From the NCBI GenBank assembly GCA_963745035.1, contig CAVUVW010000014.1:160001-224000 (forward strand): a stretch of DNA of 64,000 bases, in the 5' to 3' direction. Within the stretch, counting starts at the first letter, position 1, and every line of letters begins with the position of its first letter. This DNA is from an uncultured delta proteobacterium (GTDB taxonomy: Bacteria > Desulfobacterota > Binatia > UBA9968). Made by a program: the position numbers and the translations under genes. Positions 32,782 to 44,959 of this stretch are shown piece after piece. Under the pieces are notes generated by a model. That model ran no database searches and was not told the origin of the DNA. It worked only from the letters and a program-made list of their open reading frames with translations.

Positions 32782-33915
32782 ATGGGACACAAAGCGTTTA
32801 TACCACAAGAGTACGATGTGTTTGCGGGCTTGGACGTAGATAAAAGAAGCATCTCGGTGACCTTTAGCAACCATCAGCAAGGATTTGTCCGATCGTTGCA
32901 CATGCCGTACAGCGTGGAGCACTTGCTCAAGCACGTACGCAAGCATTATCCCGATCAGAAGGTTGCGTTTGTCTATGAAGCTGGACCGACGGGGTATGGA
33001 TTGTATGATGGGCTTTCGGCCAGGGGTATAACTGCTTGGTGGCGGCACCTTCGATGATCCCTCGAGCTCCCGGGCAAAGAGTCAAAACCAATCGCCTCGA
33101 CAGCCGAGGGTTGTCGGAGAGCTTGCGCGGTGGACAGTTGAAGAGCATTCAGTGCCTTCGCCCATTTATCGAGAGCTTCGCCATCTCACTCAGCTGCGCG
33201 ACACCTTGGTCAGTGAAGTGGCGGGGATGAAGCAGCGGATTCAATCGCTGTTGCTGTTTGAGGGGATCGCTTTCCCAGCGGCTCCCGCTGGGAGCCGCTG
33301 GTCTTTGAAAGTGAAGAGCCAACTGAGGAAACTTCAGTGCTCTAAGAGCATGCGCTTTAAACTCGATCAGTTGCTCGACAACGTGGAGTTTTCTGAGAAG
33401 CAGGTCGTGAAAGTGACCAAAGAGATTCGCAAGCTCTGTCAGAACGATCCTGAACTGGCGCAGTGCATGAAGTATATGATGAGCGTTTGTGGCATCGGCT
33501 GGATTGTGGCCAGTCAGCTCCTGGCTCGTATCGGTGATTGGCGGGAACTTAAAAACGTGCGTCAGCTGGCAGGGTTTTTGGGGCTGGTTCCGAGTGAGGA
33601 CTCTACGGGAGAGAAAACCGATCGAGGCTCGATCACCGCACGGGACATGGCCGCCTGAGGAGTAAACTCATCCAAGCGGCCTGGTCGGCGATTCGCCAAG
33701 ATGGTGAACTTCGGGAGTTTTACAGTTCGGTATGCCGCAGACACCCGCGGCATATGGGTCCGCGAGTCGCCATCGTCGCCGTGGCGCGCAAGCTCAGCAC
33801 CCGGATTGCTGCGGTGTTGATGGAACAACGGCCCTATGTGATGAGACAAAAAGTTCATTCAGCTCCTTTGACCCAAGAGGAGACATCGCCCCAGGGAACG
33901 GCTCGACGACTTTGA
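32782..33915 (+). pseudogene. IS110 transposase with three 1-bp deletions (~33020, ~33151, ~33637); real decay or sequencing error
   Basis: Direct comparison with the intact copy at 52670-53806. Confidence 0.7.
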
Positions 33916-34115
33916 GAACCGGGAGAAAGAAACTCCTGACGGTTCGATCCTTGAGACAGAGATCCCGGGGCTTTGTGCCTTAGAGAGGGGCGCATTTTAA
34001 GTCAGTGTGACGGCCGGGTGCCGTGCCACGCATAGCAGCAAGTCTCTCTTGGCCGGGAAAGAAGAAGGGATAAACTAAGAGCATTCGCGGTGTAGCGACT
34101 TGACATCCACATAGC
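33916..34115 (+). ncRNA. Candidate bridge/seek RNA region of IS110 copy 1
   Basis: Same as 53807-54006 except G33929; junction-matching CATAGCAG-CAAGTCT at 34031-34045. Confidence 0.7.
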
Positions 34116-34171
34116 AGCTAGTCGAAGGACTCCGATAATTTGTTTGGCAACCAGCTAATCGATAACCCACT

Positions 34172-35191
34172 ATGAAATTCGGCACGCATAGCCTTCCCAC
34201 TTACATGCCCGATGTCGACGGCCGGCTGCCGGACTTCTATCGCTGCATGTTCGAACAGATCGTCGAGGTGGAAAAGCTCGGCTTCGATCATGCCTGGGTG
34301 ACCGAGCATCACTTCGGCGGCTACGGCGGGACTCTGCCCCACCCTCCCACTTTTTTGTCGGCGGTTGCACAGATGACCACGCGCATTCGTCTCGGCGTGG
34401 CTGTCGCGGTACTGCCGCTGCATCGGCCGATCGATCTCGCCGAGGCCTACGCCATGGCCGACGTCGTCTCCAACGGCCGCATCGATTTCGGCATCGGCAA
34501 AGGCAGCGAGCCGGTGGAGTATCGGAAGTTCGGCGCAAGCCAGGATGAAGCGACCCAGCGGTTTCACGAAAGCGCGGAAATCATTCGCCAGGCGTGGTCG
34601 GACGAGCCGGTGAATTTTCGCGGTGAATTCTATCAATACGAAAACGTGAATATCCTGCCGAAGCCGGTGCAGCGGCCGCACCCGCCGATCTGGGTCGGCG
34701 CCACGCGGAACGAGGAAACTTTTCGCTGGGCAGGCGAGCAGGGCTACGACCTCATGACCGTGCCGTTCGTGCATCCATCGACCGAGGCGTTGCGCGAGCT
34801 GGTAAAAATCTATCGCGATGCGCTGGCGCGCAGCGGCCACGACTTCGTCGGTCGCCAGGTTCTCGGCAAGTTTCACATCTATGTGTCGGAAAGCTTCGAG
34901 CGAGGCATGCGCGAGGCTGCGCCGTTCATGAAAAACTATAGCGACATCCACCACGCGGTCGATCCGACGCGAAAACTCACCGAGCGTGACATCGGTTCGG
35001 ACATGGCGCGGGGGTTCATCATTGTCGGCGATCCGGAGCGCTGCGCCGACACGATCCGGCGCTGGCACGAAGAATCCGGCATCACGACTTTCTCCGGCAC
35101 GTTTCATTTCGGCGGCATGCCGCAAGAGCTGGCGCTCAAAAATATTCGCCTGTTCGCCGAGCGCGTGATGCCGGCGCTGAAGGATTTGTAA
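34172..35191 (+). CDS. LLM-class (luciferase-like) flavin-dependent oxidoreductase
   Basis: WVTEHHF, TTRIRLG, SNGRIDFGIG, PKPVQRPHPPIW, LFAERVMP. Confidence 0.92.
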   Translation: MKFGTHSLPTYMPDVDGRLPDFYRCMFEQIVEVEKLGFDHAWVTEHHFGGYGGTLPHPPTFLSAVAQMTTRIRLGVAVAVLPLHRPIDLAEAYAMADVVSNGRIDFGIGKGSEPVEYRKFGASQDEATQRFHESAEIIRQAWSDEPVNFRGEFYQYENVNILPKPVQRPHPPIWVGATRNEETFRWAGEQGYDLMTVPFVHPSTEALRELVKIYRDALARSGHDFVGRQVLGKFHIYVSESFERGMREAAPFMKNYSDIHHAVDPTRKLTERDIGSDMARGFIIVGDPERCADTIRRWHEESGITTFSGTFHFGGMPQELALKNIRLFAERVMPALKDL

Positions 35192-35238
35192 CTTTCAGAA
35201 CTACACTGTGGCCTATCCCGTTCTGCGAGTCGAGCTGG

Positions 35239-35300
35239 AAAGGGGAGATTTTCCTACGCTCGTTGCAAATCCCCCGTTTCCCCCTTTGTCAAAGGGGGAT
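35239..35300. repeat. REP-like palindromic element (CCCCTTT-GTC-AAAGGGG type)
   Basis: AAAGGGGAGATTT...AAATCCCCC followed by the hairpin CCCCTTTGTCAAAGGGG, intergenic. Confidence 0.5.
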
Positions 35301-35427
35301 TCATGCGGAACGTACTGAACCCAAAGGACTGTTTTGAGCGCGTTGGCAAGCCACTGGGATCTGCTTTCCTGGCATTGTATAAAAAACACACGCGCGCATT
35401 ATTCGAATTCCAAGAAAGGCATCACCC

Positions 35428-37082
35428 ATGGCGATCCATCCTCTAGCAGGAAAACCGGCTCCTCGCGAAATATTGATCGACGTCGAAGCGGTGCTCAAAG
35501 CATATTACGAACGCCGCCCGAACGTGGACGAGCCGCAGCAGCTCGTGAGTTTTGGCACCAGCGGGCATCGAGGGAGTTCCGCCGACGGCAGCTTCAACGA
35601 GGCGCACATCCTGGCCATGACCCAAGCCATCTGCGAATATCGCGCGAGCAAGAATATTTCCGGCCCGCTTTACCTGGGTAAGGATACGCATGCCGTGTCG
35701 GGACCGGCGCAGAAGACCGCGCTCGAAGTGCTCGCGGCCAACGAGGTAGAGACGATCATTCAGCGCGACGACGGCTTTACGCCAACGCCGTCCATTTCCC
35801 GCGCGATTCTCGTTCACAATCGAAATAACAAGACCGGCCTCGCCGACGGCATCGTCGTCACGCCGTCGCACAATCCGCCGGCCGATGGGGGCTTCAAATA
35901 CAATCCGCCGGAGGGCGGCCCCGCCGACACGGATATTACCGATTGGATCCAACAACGAGCCAACGATCTGTTGCGCGGCGGCAATCGGAACGTGAAAAGA
36001 ATCCCCTATGAGGCGGCGCTCAAAGCACCGACAACTGCACGAAGCTGACTTGGTCACACCCTACGTCGACGATTTGGCCAATGTCATTGATATGGAAGCG
36101 ATCCGCGCGGCGGGCATAAAGATCGGCGTCGATCCGCTCGGCGGCGCTGCGCTGCCGTACTGGCAAAAAATCGCCGAACGTTATCGCCTGGATCTTACGA
36201 TCGTCAACGACAAAATCGATCCAACTTTTCGTTTCATGACTTTGGATCACGACGGCAAAATCAGGATGGATTGTTCCAGTCCCTACGCCATGGCCGGTCT
36301 CGTGAGCCTCAAGGATCGCTTTCAAGTTGCTATGGGCAATGACGCCGACGCCGACCGTCACGGCATCGTCACGCCGTCGCACGGGCTGATGAATCCAAAC
36401 CATTATCTCGCCGTAGCGATTCACTATTTGCTCACGCACCGGCCGCAGTGGAAGAAAGAAGCTGCCGTCGGCAAAACGCTGGTGAGCAGCTTGCTCATCG
36501 ACCGGGTGGTGGAGAAGCTCGATCGAAAACTTTTCGAAGTTCCCGTCGGCTTCAAATGGTTCTCGCAAGGGACTGTTCGACGGCGATCTCTGCTTCGGCG
36601 GCGAAGAGAGCGCGGGCGCGAGCTTTCTCTGCCGCGATGGAACCGTATGGACGACGGACAAGGACGGCATCATCCTCTCTCTGTTGGCCGCGGAGATGAT
36701 TGCGACCACCGGACGCGACCCCGGTGCTTGGTACGATGAGCTCACCAAACAATTGGGTCGTCCGTTTTACGCGCGTATGGACTTGCCGGCGACCGGGGCA
36801 CAGAAGAAGGCTCTCAAATCGCTTCGTCCCGAACAGCTCGCGGCCGATGAACTTGCCGGCGAGCCGATCACGGCCAAACTAACCCGCGCGCCCGGCAACA
36901 ACGCCGAGATCGGCGGCCTCAAAGTATCGGCGAGCAGCGGTTGGTTTGCCGTACGGCCCTCGGGAACCGAAGATCTGTGCAAGATCTACGCGGAAAGCCT
37001 TCGCTCTGAAGATCATTTGAAAAAGATTCAAGACGAAGCTTTGAAGATTGCGCAGTCGGTGTTTGTTACTGGGCTGAACTGA
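35428..37082 (+). CDS. pgm: Phosphoglucomutase (frameshifts near 36035 and 36570)
   Basis: [40 protein letters not shown] across three frames. Confidence 0.92.
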
Positions 37083-37111
37083 CGCTTGTTACTCCAGCGG
37101 CAGAAACCAAC

Positions 37112-37609
37112 GTGACCATGGCGCCGCAGATTTTTCGCTTGGCGAGTACGGCACTGTCTCTCGGCACGACCGGCGAGTGGCGACTCTCACGTTCTTTGTC
37201 AATGCAAGGAACCGCTCTCCTCGGCGCCGGCTACGCCACCGTCAGCACCATTGGTGGCATCTCCGACGAGCGGTCGAATCAATACGGCGTTGCCCCGCAG
37301 GCACTCTTGGCTTTGCGATTGATCATGGGCGAGCGCGCGTCCATCGACCTAACCGCCAACGAATACTTTGTCAGCGATGTATCCGGAAGCCGTGGCGATC
37401 ACGACAACGTCATACGAGCGGACGCGTCGATCACGTGGCGCATTCTTCGCGAGCATGCAGTCTCAATAAGATATCAGTTGTCCCGACGTGACTCGGATTT
37501 CCGCCAGCTAGGCAGTAGCGTCCAGAGCAGAGGCACGGTCGGGATCTTTTATACGCTTCTCGGTCGTGATCGGTTCGGCACCGGCGATTGGAAGCGCAAT
37601 GGAGATTAG
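37112..37609 (+). pseudogene. Probable C-terminal remnant of an outer-membrane beta-barrel-like protein
   Basis: Alternating beta-strand pattern; no signal peptide or RBS; begins abruptly 30 bp after pgm. Confidence 0.45.
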
Positions 37610-37828
37610 AAAGCGATATTCCGAGAAAATCTGTCTCGCCTTGCTGTGATGGCTTGAATGCTAATTGAGAAAAGACCTCAGCGCAGTCCTGGCCCATTTC
37701 CGGCGCTTTGAACCGACATAACTCCCCGACCATTTGACCGGCGGCCTTCGGAAAAGAAAAACGTTTCCGCAATGACGAATATGGCCTAACTGCACCAGTC
37801 GATGATGACCGAGTGTTCCGCGGGTGCG

Positions 37829-38803
37829 TCATCGCACCAGCGACGGCAGCCGATTTTTGAGGATTGCTTCCGCCTCCGTCACGATCTCTGCAACCACATC
37901 CTTGACGCTCTTGATGGAATCGATCAAGCCCGCGTCTTGACCGAACGACAGCGACGCATTGTCGATATCGCCGGCGGCGCGCGCTGCCGCAACTTCTTTG
38001 CTCACTTCGCTCGCGTTTTGCCGCAGCGCCCATTCGCGGCCGGCCCAGCGCTCGATAAACTTGTTGCGCTGCGCGCGCGACATTGCTCCGGGCCAGACCC
38101 GTTGGCTGGCGAGATCGGGAATCTCGGTGAGCACAGTGTCGTGGCCGTCGCTCTTGACGATCGCCTGTTTGAAGTTGGCGTGAATCGGCGCCTCGGGCGT
38201 CGCCATGAAACGGGTGCCAAGCAGGACGCCTTCCGCACCGAGCGCCAGCGCGGCGGCAAGACCGCGGCCATCGGCGATGCCGCCCGCGGAGAGCACCGGC
38301 AATGGCGCTACGGCTTTGACCATCATCGGCACCAGCGGCAATGATGCCATCCACACGACGTGGCCGCCGGCTTCCGTTCCCTGCGCGACAAGCACGTCCG
38401 CGCCGGCTTCGGCGGCGCGCAGCGCTTCCGGCACTTCGCCGGCCATGTACATGACCTTGCAGCCGGCGTCGTGTGCGCGCGCGAAATAGTCTCGCAAGTT
38501 TTGATCTTTGCGCGCCCACGCAAAGGCCGCCACGTCCGGCCGCGCGCGTAAAGTGACGGCGAACATGTCCTCCTTAATTTGAAACAAGAGATGGTTGACA
38601 CCGAAGGGCTTCTCCGTCCGTTCGTGAATCGCCGCGATCTCCGACTCCAATGTCGCGGCGTTGAACGCCGAGGTGCCGAGCGTGCCGAAGCCGCCCGCGT
38701 TGGACACCGCCGCGACCAGCGGCGCCGTGGTGGCGGTGCCCATGCCGCCCAGAACGATTGGATGCGGAATGCCGAGTAGATCACAAATGCGCGTGTGGAT
38801 CAT
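37829..38803 (-). CDS. Nitronate monooxygenase / FabK-like FMN enzyme
   Basis: PIVLGGM, VSNAGGFG, QGTEAGGH, AGGIADGRG, LGTRF, GQDAGLI. Confidence 0.9.
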   Translation of the reverse strand: MIHTRICDLLGIPHPIVLGGMGTATTAPLVAAVSNAGGFGTLGTSAFNAATLESEIAAIHERTEKPFGVNHLLFQIKEDMFAVTLRARPDVAAFAWARKDQNLRDYFARAHDAGCKVMYMAGEVPEALRAAEAGADVLVAQGTEAGGHVVWMASLPLVPMMVKAVAPLPVLSAGGIADGRGLAAALALGAEGVLLGTRFMATPEAPIHANFKQAIVKSDGHDTVLTEIPDLASQRVWPGAMSRAQRNKFIERWAGREWALRQNASEVSKEVAAARAAGDIDNASLSFGQDAGLIDSIKSVKDVVAEIVTEAEAILKNRLPSLVR

Positions 38804-38837
38804 GGCGCCTCCAGGTCAATCGGAAAATTCGAATACC

Positions 38838-38911
38838 TCACCGCGGAGGCGCTGAGGACGCGGAGAGGAAGCAGAAAATACTCTCTGCGAACTCTGCGCC
38901 TTTGCGGTGAA
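38838..38911. repeat. REP-like imperfect inverted repeat
   Basis: TCACCGCGGAGGCGCTGAG...CGGAGAG / CTCTCTGCG...CTCTGCGCCTTTGCGGTGA, intergenic. Confidence 0.7.
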
Positions 38912-38928
38912 ACTCTTTAGGTGCAAGC

Positions 38929-40020
38929 TCACGGGTCGGCTTTCGGAAAATTCAGCGCGTCGATCTCGAACTTCCTCAATTCCGGCATGACTTGCTCGGT
39001 AAAAAGCTGGAGCGACTTGAGCGCCTGCTTTTGTGTCAGCTCGCCGAACGTGAACTCGCCGAGAAATGTGTCGGCGCCGGCTTCGCCAGCGATTTTTTTG
39101 ATTTGTCCCACAACGGTTTCCGGCGAGCCGCAGATGAATGAGCCTTCAGCAATGGAGTGCTCCATGTCCATCAATTCCTGCCTGCGGCCGCCGTCGAGGA
39201 TCGTCGATAAACCGGTGGCGGCGTGGGCGCCATAGGTGCGCGCGCCGCCGCGGCGCTCCCAGAAATTCTTCCAGTGAAACTCGCCTTCGCCGCGAGCCTG
39301 CCCGTCGGTTTCCGCGACATAGATTTCGCGCATCAAGCCGATGTGTGGTTTGGGCCCGGCGGGTGGCCTCCTGCGATATACTTCCCGGTATTCATCGAAG
39401 GCCTTGCGCGCCGCTTTCATGCCGGCGGGAACCCATTGGACGGTGCTCACGCCGGTGGAGGCCGCTTCTTCGATGGAATCCTTACTCCGGGTCGGCATCC
39501 ACAGCGGCGGATGAGGTTTTTGCACGAGCGGGATGGCGAGGTCCACATCTTTACACTTGAAATAACGGCCTTCAAAGGTGAACGTCTCGTGCGTCCACAG
39601 CCCTTTGATGATGCGCAAAGCCTCCAGGGTCATCTCGCGCTTCTGCTCCCATGATATGTTGTACGCCGCAAAGCTGAACGGCCCGATGCCGGCGCCGAAG
39701 CCGCATTCGAGACGTCCTTCGGTAAGATTGTCGAGCAAGGCGACTTCCTCGGCGACGCGGATCGGATTCCACAGCGGCAGTACATAAACCAGCGGGCCGA
39801 GGCGGATCTTCTTCGTTCGTTGGGACGCTGCGCCGAGAAAAGTTCCCGGACTGGGACACTCGGAAAAACCCATGTCGAAATGATGCTCGGCGACGAAATA
39901 GAAATCCATGCCCGCGTGATCGGCGCATTCCAAGACCTCCAGATGGCTCTTGTAGAGATCGACGTACGAGCGGGCCGGAACATCGTGCTTCTGCATGTGA
40001 TCGAACAGTCCGAGTTTCAT
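38929..40020 (-). CDS. LLM-class flavin-dependent oxidoreductase
   Basis: FVAEHHF, TKKIRLG, EGRLECGFG, QKPHPPLW, LFTEQVMP. Confidence 0.92.
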   Translation of the reverse strand: MKLGLFDHMQKHDVPARSYVDLYKSHLEVLECADHAGMDFYFVAEHHFDMGFSECPSPGTFLGAASQRTKKIRLGPLVYVLPLWNPIRVAEEVALLDNLTEGRLECGFGAGIGPFSFAAYNISWEQKREMTLEALRIIKGLWTHETFTFEGRYFKCKDVDLAIPLVQKPHPPLWMPTRSKDSIEEAASTGVSTVQWVPAGMKAARKAFDEYREVYRRRPPAGPKPHIGLMREIYVAETDGQARGEGEFHWKNFWERRGGARTYGAHAATGLSTILDGGRRQELMDMEHSIAEGSFICGSPETVVGQIKKIAGEAGADTFLGEFTFGELTQKQALKSLQLFTEQVMPELRKFEIDALNFPKADP

Positions 40021-40032
40021 CGTGGATGGTTC

Positions 40033-41021
40033 CTATTTTGCCAAGGATTGCTCTTTTTCGATTTCCTGGAGCAGCGAGTTGTCGAACATCTTTTCGAGCG
40101 CGAGCTTTTTCACTTCCGCGCTGACTTCGGCGCGAAAATCGATGATCGAAGTCAGCCCCGCGAGCGAGACATAGGGAACGCGGAGCGCGTAATCCTTCAC
40201 ATTTTCTTTGTACGTCGCGTCGAGGGTTTCAGCCGTCGCTGGTGCGCGTATACTTGCCGATCGCTTTCTTGGCCACCGCCGGCTCCCGGATCGCCAGATC
40301 ATAGGCGGCGATGGTGGCGCGCAGCAGGCGCTTCAGCTCTTCGCGCTTGGCGCGAGCCTGCGAACTTTTGACGATGATGCAGCCATAGTCGAAGGGCAGC
40401 GCGATGGTTTCGGTCGTGAGCAGTTCCCGGAAGCCCAACCGCCGGGCCTGCAGCGTGAGCGGCAAGCGAAATCGACCCGCCTTGCACCAGATTTTTCTGC
40501 ATGCCGGCGATGATCTCCTGGGTGCCGCCGAGCTGAATCACGGCTACATCTTTGATCGGCTGGAGGCGGTTCTTTCTCAAAACGTGGCGCGCGACGAAGT
40601 CGGAGAAGGCCCCAAAGCGCGAGACCCCGACGGCTTTGCCTTTGAGCGCCGCAATGTTGGCGATCGGCGCGGTCGTAAAAAACGAAGTCTGTCCGGTGTC
40701 GTACTGGCACCCCACCATCATGAGATCGGCGCCGGCGAGATTGGCGTCGACAACCGCGCCGGCGGCGGAGTAAACAACATCGACATCGCCGGCGAGCAGC
40801 GCCTGCACCGCCGTCGTGCTCGAGCCGATGAACAGCAGCTCCATATCGACGCCGTGTTTTTGATAGAGCCCGGACTCCTTGCCGACCCAGAGAATGGCAA
40901 AGGTTCCGGAAAAGGCGGTGTAAGCGACGCGCAGCTTTTGCGCGCTCGCACGGCTCGCCCCGGATAGCAATATCGCGGCAAGCGCAAGAATCGAGACAAC
41001 GCCTTTGATCGATCGTCTCAT
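40033..41021 (-). CDS. SsuA/NMT1-type substrate-binding protein (two frameshifts)
   Basis: Pieces in three frames; signal peptide, ALLAGD, LKGKAVGVSRFG, FDNSLL. Confidence 0.8.
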
Positions 41022-41272
41022 GATAGGCCCGTATGCCGGGAAGACGGCTCCCGTAGATCATGTTTGATCCATGCATGTCAAGATTCGCTTCCTGCAGAAG
41101 ACGAGTGGCAATCTTCTGGTTGACAATCACTTTCGACGCGCCGATATTTTCGTGACGATTCGGCTTGATATTGAACCTCTCCGACAGATGGTCGCGACGC
41201 TCCGAGAAAACTGATACCTCTTACCTTCGCCTCCCCGGTTCGTGATAGATTCGAATCCCGCGAAAGGATCGC

Positions 41273-42260
41273 ATGGCCATGCTGCGCTATCATCTCACTG
41301 TCTCTTTGTTCTTGGGCGGCGCCCTGCTCGCGTCTCCCGCCGGAGCCGAAAAGATTAGATCAGCGGTGCCGGGATTGAACCTGAACTACCTATCCATCTT
41401 CACCGCTGAAGCGCGTGGATTTTTCAAGGACGAGAATCTGGAGAATGAAACCATCGTCATTGGCGGGCCCGCCGGGATCGCCGCGCTGGTGAGCGGCGAC
41501 GTGGATTTTAGCGGCGCCGGCGGCAGCGGGCTGCGCGCGGCGGTCAAAGGCGCGCCGCTGAAGGCGATCCTGTACCAGACCGAGAGGCCGACGTGGTATC
41601 TCGTCGTGCACCCGAGCATTGCTCAGGTCAGCGATCTCAAGGGCAAGCGCATCGGTGTGGCGTTGATCGGCGATAGCGAAGACCGCTTCACCACGCTGTT
41701 TGCCGAGCGCGGCGGTTTGTCTGCCAAGGACTTGACGAAAATCACCCTCGGCACGAGCCCCGGCGACAAGATACTCGCTCTCAAATCGGGAGCGGTCTCC
41801 GCCGTCGTGCTGGATCCGGCGGGAACCATCGTCGCCGAGCGGGAAGGGCTGCGCAGCCTCGCGTACTTGGGTGACGTGTTTCCCATTGCCCTTTCAGGGC
41901 TACGTCGCTACCGACAAAAAGATCGCGGAAAATTCAGCGCAACTTAAGCGCTGGATCAGAGCTATGGTCCGGTCCTTGATGTTCATCCGCGAGCAGCCCG
42001 AAGACGCCGCGGATATCGGCATGAAAAAATTGCCGTTCGGCAAGATCACCAAGCCCATGTTGATCGATGCGATCAAGGCATGGCTGCGCGCCCTGCCCCA
42101 AGGGGTCCCGGGCCTGCCGTCCGCGGAGGGCGTGAAAAATATTCTCGAGTACGAAGTCCGGCTGCCGATGAAAATGACTGAGTCTTTGTCGGCGGAAAAG
42201 TTTCTCGATCTGCGCTGGATCGCCGAAGTCAAGAAAGAGTTGGAGCAGAAGCGCAGGTAA
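41273..42260 (+). CDS. SsuA/NMT1-type substrate-binding protein (frameshift near 41885)
   Basis: GFFKDENL, ALVSGDVDF, DLKGKRIGV; C-terminus in ORF 41871-42260. Confidence 0.8.
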
Positions 42261-42314
42261 TGCCGCACGCACGCGCTGTCGCCCCGGGCAAGCAGCAAAA
42301 TTGGAGGATATTTT

Positions 42315-43456
42315 ATGGTAACAGAGGAACTCGCATCGTTGCGCGTCGATCAGGTCGGCAGTCTGTTAAGGCCGCAAAGATTGAAGGACGCGTTCGCCGA
42401 TTACGGCCGCGGTAAAATCAGCGAAGATGATTTGAAAAGAGCCCAAGACGACGCGATCCGCGACGTCGTGACGAAACAGGCCGCGCACAATCTACCGATC
42501 ATCGTCGACGGCGAATTTCGCCGTACGAGCTTCATGGAAAGCTTCGCCGTGGTTGCCGGGGTGGAGGAATGGCAGACCGGCGTGAAGACCTACCATGAGA
42601 TCCTGGCGCGCCAGGATACCGACGACTCGGTTTCCCACAAAGGCCAGGACCCGATTCTGCTCAATCGCAAGCGCGTCACCGAACGCTTGCGCCTGGTGCG
42701 CAATTCGCTGCTCGACGACTACCGCTTCACGCAGGGGCTCACCAACCGTGCGGTCAAAGTGACGTTGATCAGCGCCGACCGGATCAGCCAATGCTATGAC
42801 AGCGAGGCCTCGCGCGCCGTCTATCCCAACGTCGAAGAATTCCTCAGCGACGTGGTGGCGGTGCAGCGGCAGCATGATCGGCGAATTGGCCCAGGCGGAT
42901 TGCCGCTACATCGGCATCGACGGGCCGGGTTACACGGCGTACGTCGATCCGGATTCGCTCGCCGCCATGCGCTCGCGCGGTGAAAACCCGCAAAGTAATT
43001 TGGCCCGCTCCATTGCCGTTGACAACGAAATCATTGGAGACTTTCCAGGAGATCACCTTCGGCATCCATATTTGCCGCGGCAACCGGCAGAGCATGTGGC
43101 ACCGTGAAGGACACTATGACGCTATCGCGGAGACGCTCTTCAACGGCCTGCGCCACCAGCGCCTGCTGCTGGAGTACGACACCGAGCGCGCCGGCGGTTT
43201 CGCGCCGCTGCGCTTCGTGCCGAAAGGCAAGATCGCCGTGCTCGGCTTGATCACCACCAAGGTCGGCCGGGTGGAGAGCGTCGACGAACTGCGCCGGCGC
43301 ATCGATGAAGCCGCGCGCTACCTGCCGCTCGAGCAACTAGCGCTCAGCCCGCAGTGCGGCTTCGCCTCAAGCCTGCGCGGCAATCTCCTGACCGAAGAGG
43401 AGCAGTTCCGCAAGTTGGACGTGATGCTGGAGACGGCAAGAAAGGTGTGGGGTTAA
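42315..43456 (+). CDS. Cobalamin-independent methionine synthase II family (two frameshifts)
   Basis: DQVGSLLRP, DGEFRR, IHICRGN, LEYD, SPQCGFAS. Close paralog of 20421-21599. Confidence 0.85.
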
Positions 43457-43842
43457 ACAAGCAAAATTTCCGAGCGCCGGGCGCTCGCCGGCGCCGACAC
43501 TCGGAAACCGGCCTTATCGGCCTCGATCGCCCGCTTCGCGCAGCGACCAAGCCGGCCGCTGCTGCGCGCAGAACCGTTTGGCCGAGGTCGACTTCCCGGC
43601 GCGAGCCTTCCAAGTCGACTTGAACTTTGAAGCAATGCCGCAGCGCGCAAACAATAATTCTCGGACGGGCGGAGGTCGATTTCATTGATTCCGGGACGGA
43701 GATTGACGTTTCGGACCTGAGCGACGACATCGTTCCCTTCTCGGACCACGATCTCCGTCTCGCACCTCCCGGATATTCTTGCTGCTCACCGTTGGATAGC
43801 GAGGGCAAACGAGTTCAAATCGTCCGGATAGCTCGATCGCGG

Positions 43843-44722
43843 CTAGGGTTTTGTCCAGCCATAGAGCTTTGCCGGGTTGTTCTGCGAGGATCGAATCGCG
43901 AACTTGTTCATCCGGAGCCGCCGCCAGGAGGAAATCGAGAAGATCTCCGTCGTTGGGCATGGGCACGGAAATTCCCGCGTGCGGCCAGTTGCTGCCCCAG
44001 ATCACATGAGAGGGCCGAGCTTCAATGACTGCGCGCACAACGTCGGCCATGTCGCCGTATTCCGGCGGACCGGATTTCGACAATTGGTAAAAACTGTAGA
44101 GGTTGATCCAGGCGTGCTCTTCACTTTTTAGAATCGACAGCAGCTCGCGGAATTCGCGATCATCTTGGTTCCGTCCGGGCTCGGCATGCGCCACATGGTC
44201 GAAAACGTAGGGCATCGCGAGCGAGCGCAGGAAAGGCATGGCATCAATAACTTCTGCCATCGATTGTGCGAGAAACTCGACGTGCCAATCAAAGTCCGCG
44301 ACCCGTGCCGACATGGCTTGAGCGTCTGCGAACGACAAACCGCCCTTGCCGTTCGCCTTGACCCGAAAACCGGTGATGCCGCCGTTTTTAAGGCGCAGCA
44401 ACTCAGTATCGTTCATCGCGGGATCGAGGAGTGCCAAGCCTTTGAAATTGCCGTTCATGCGCGCGAGCGCGTCCAGCGTCACCTGATTGTCAGTGCCGTT
44501 GGCGCTGCCGGTGACGATGACCGCTCGCTCCAAACCGAGAGTCCGGTGCACTTTCAAGTAATCGTCGAGCGTCGAATGAGGATCGGGATCGTAGTTTCTC
44601 TCGGCGACGAGCGGGTAGCGCTCGAGCGGCCCGTAGACGTGGAGATGCGTGTCGCACGCGCCCGGCGGCGCGATGAGCCTGGGCCGTCTGGTATTCGGAT
44701 CGGGACGATGAACCGCACGCAT
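43843..44722 (-). CDS. Amidohydrolase_2 family, LigI/lactonase-like (frameshift near the C-terminus)
   Basis: CDTHLHVYG, FDHVAH, WGSNWPH; ends NPAKLYGWTKP* in a shifted frame. Confidence 0.82.
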
Positions 44723-44959
44723 CTTGCAACCGCCGAGTCACGCCAATGTAGTCCAACCGGCGAGCCAAATGCCAGGGGAAAGAAGCCCCGACAGTGAATC
44801 ACTTTGGCAATCCGCGCCGCCCAGGATAAACTCCGTGCGAGATCTTTCCCCGACTGAGCCACTACCGAAGTCCGATCCGGCTTGACGTAACTTTGACGAT
44901 TGCCCTATCTTGTTTTGCGCAAGACGATGTCTGAGATAATTTTTCCGAAAGGAGGCGTT

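Larger units (their letters stand above)
32694..34117 (+). mobile_element. IS110-family (IS1111-type) insertion sequence, copy 1, 1424 bp
   Basis: By eye, matches 52582-54008 except three 1-bp deletions and two substitutions. Same ends ACTTGTATGATGGATGTC ... TTGACATCCACATAGC, with AG at both junctions. Confidence 0.95.

Noticed and set aside
32692-34117. AG at both IS junctions as a classical target-site duplication
   Set aside because: For IS110-family recombinases this is better explained as the core shared by donor and target; the 17-bp junction promoter spacing fits one AG in the circle.
44882-44898. TTGACG direct repeat with 11-bp period as a regulator binding site
   Set aside because: Only two units, no regulator nearby, and it could simply be -35 elements.
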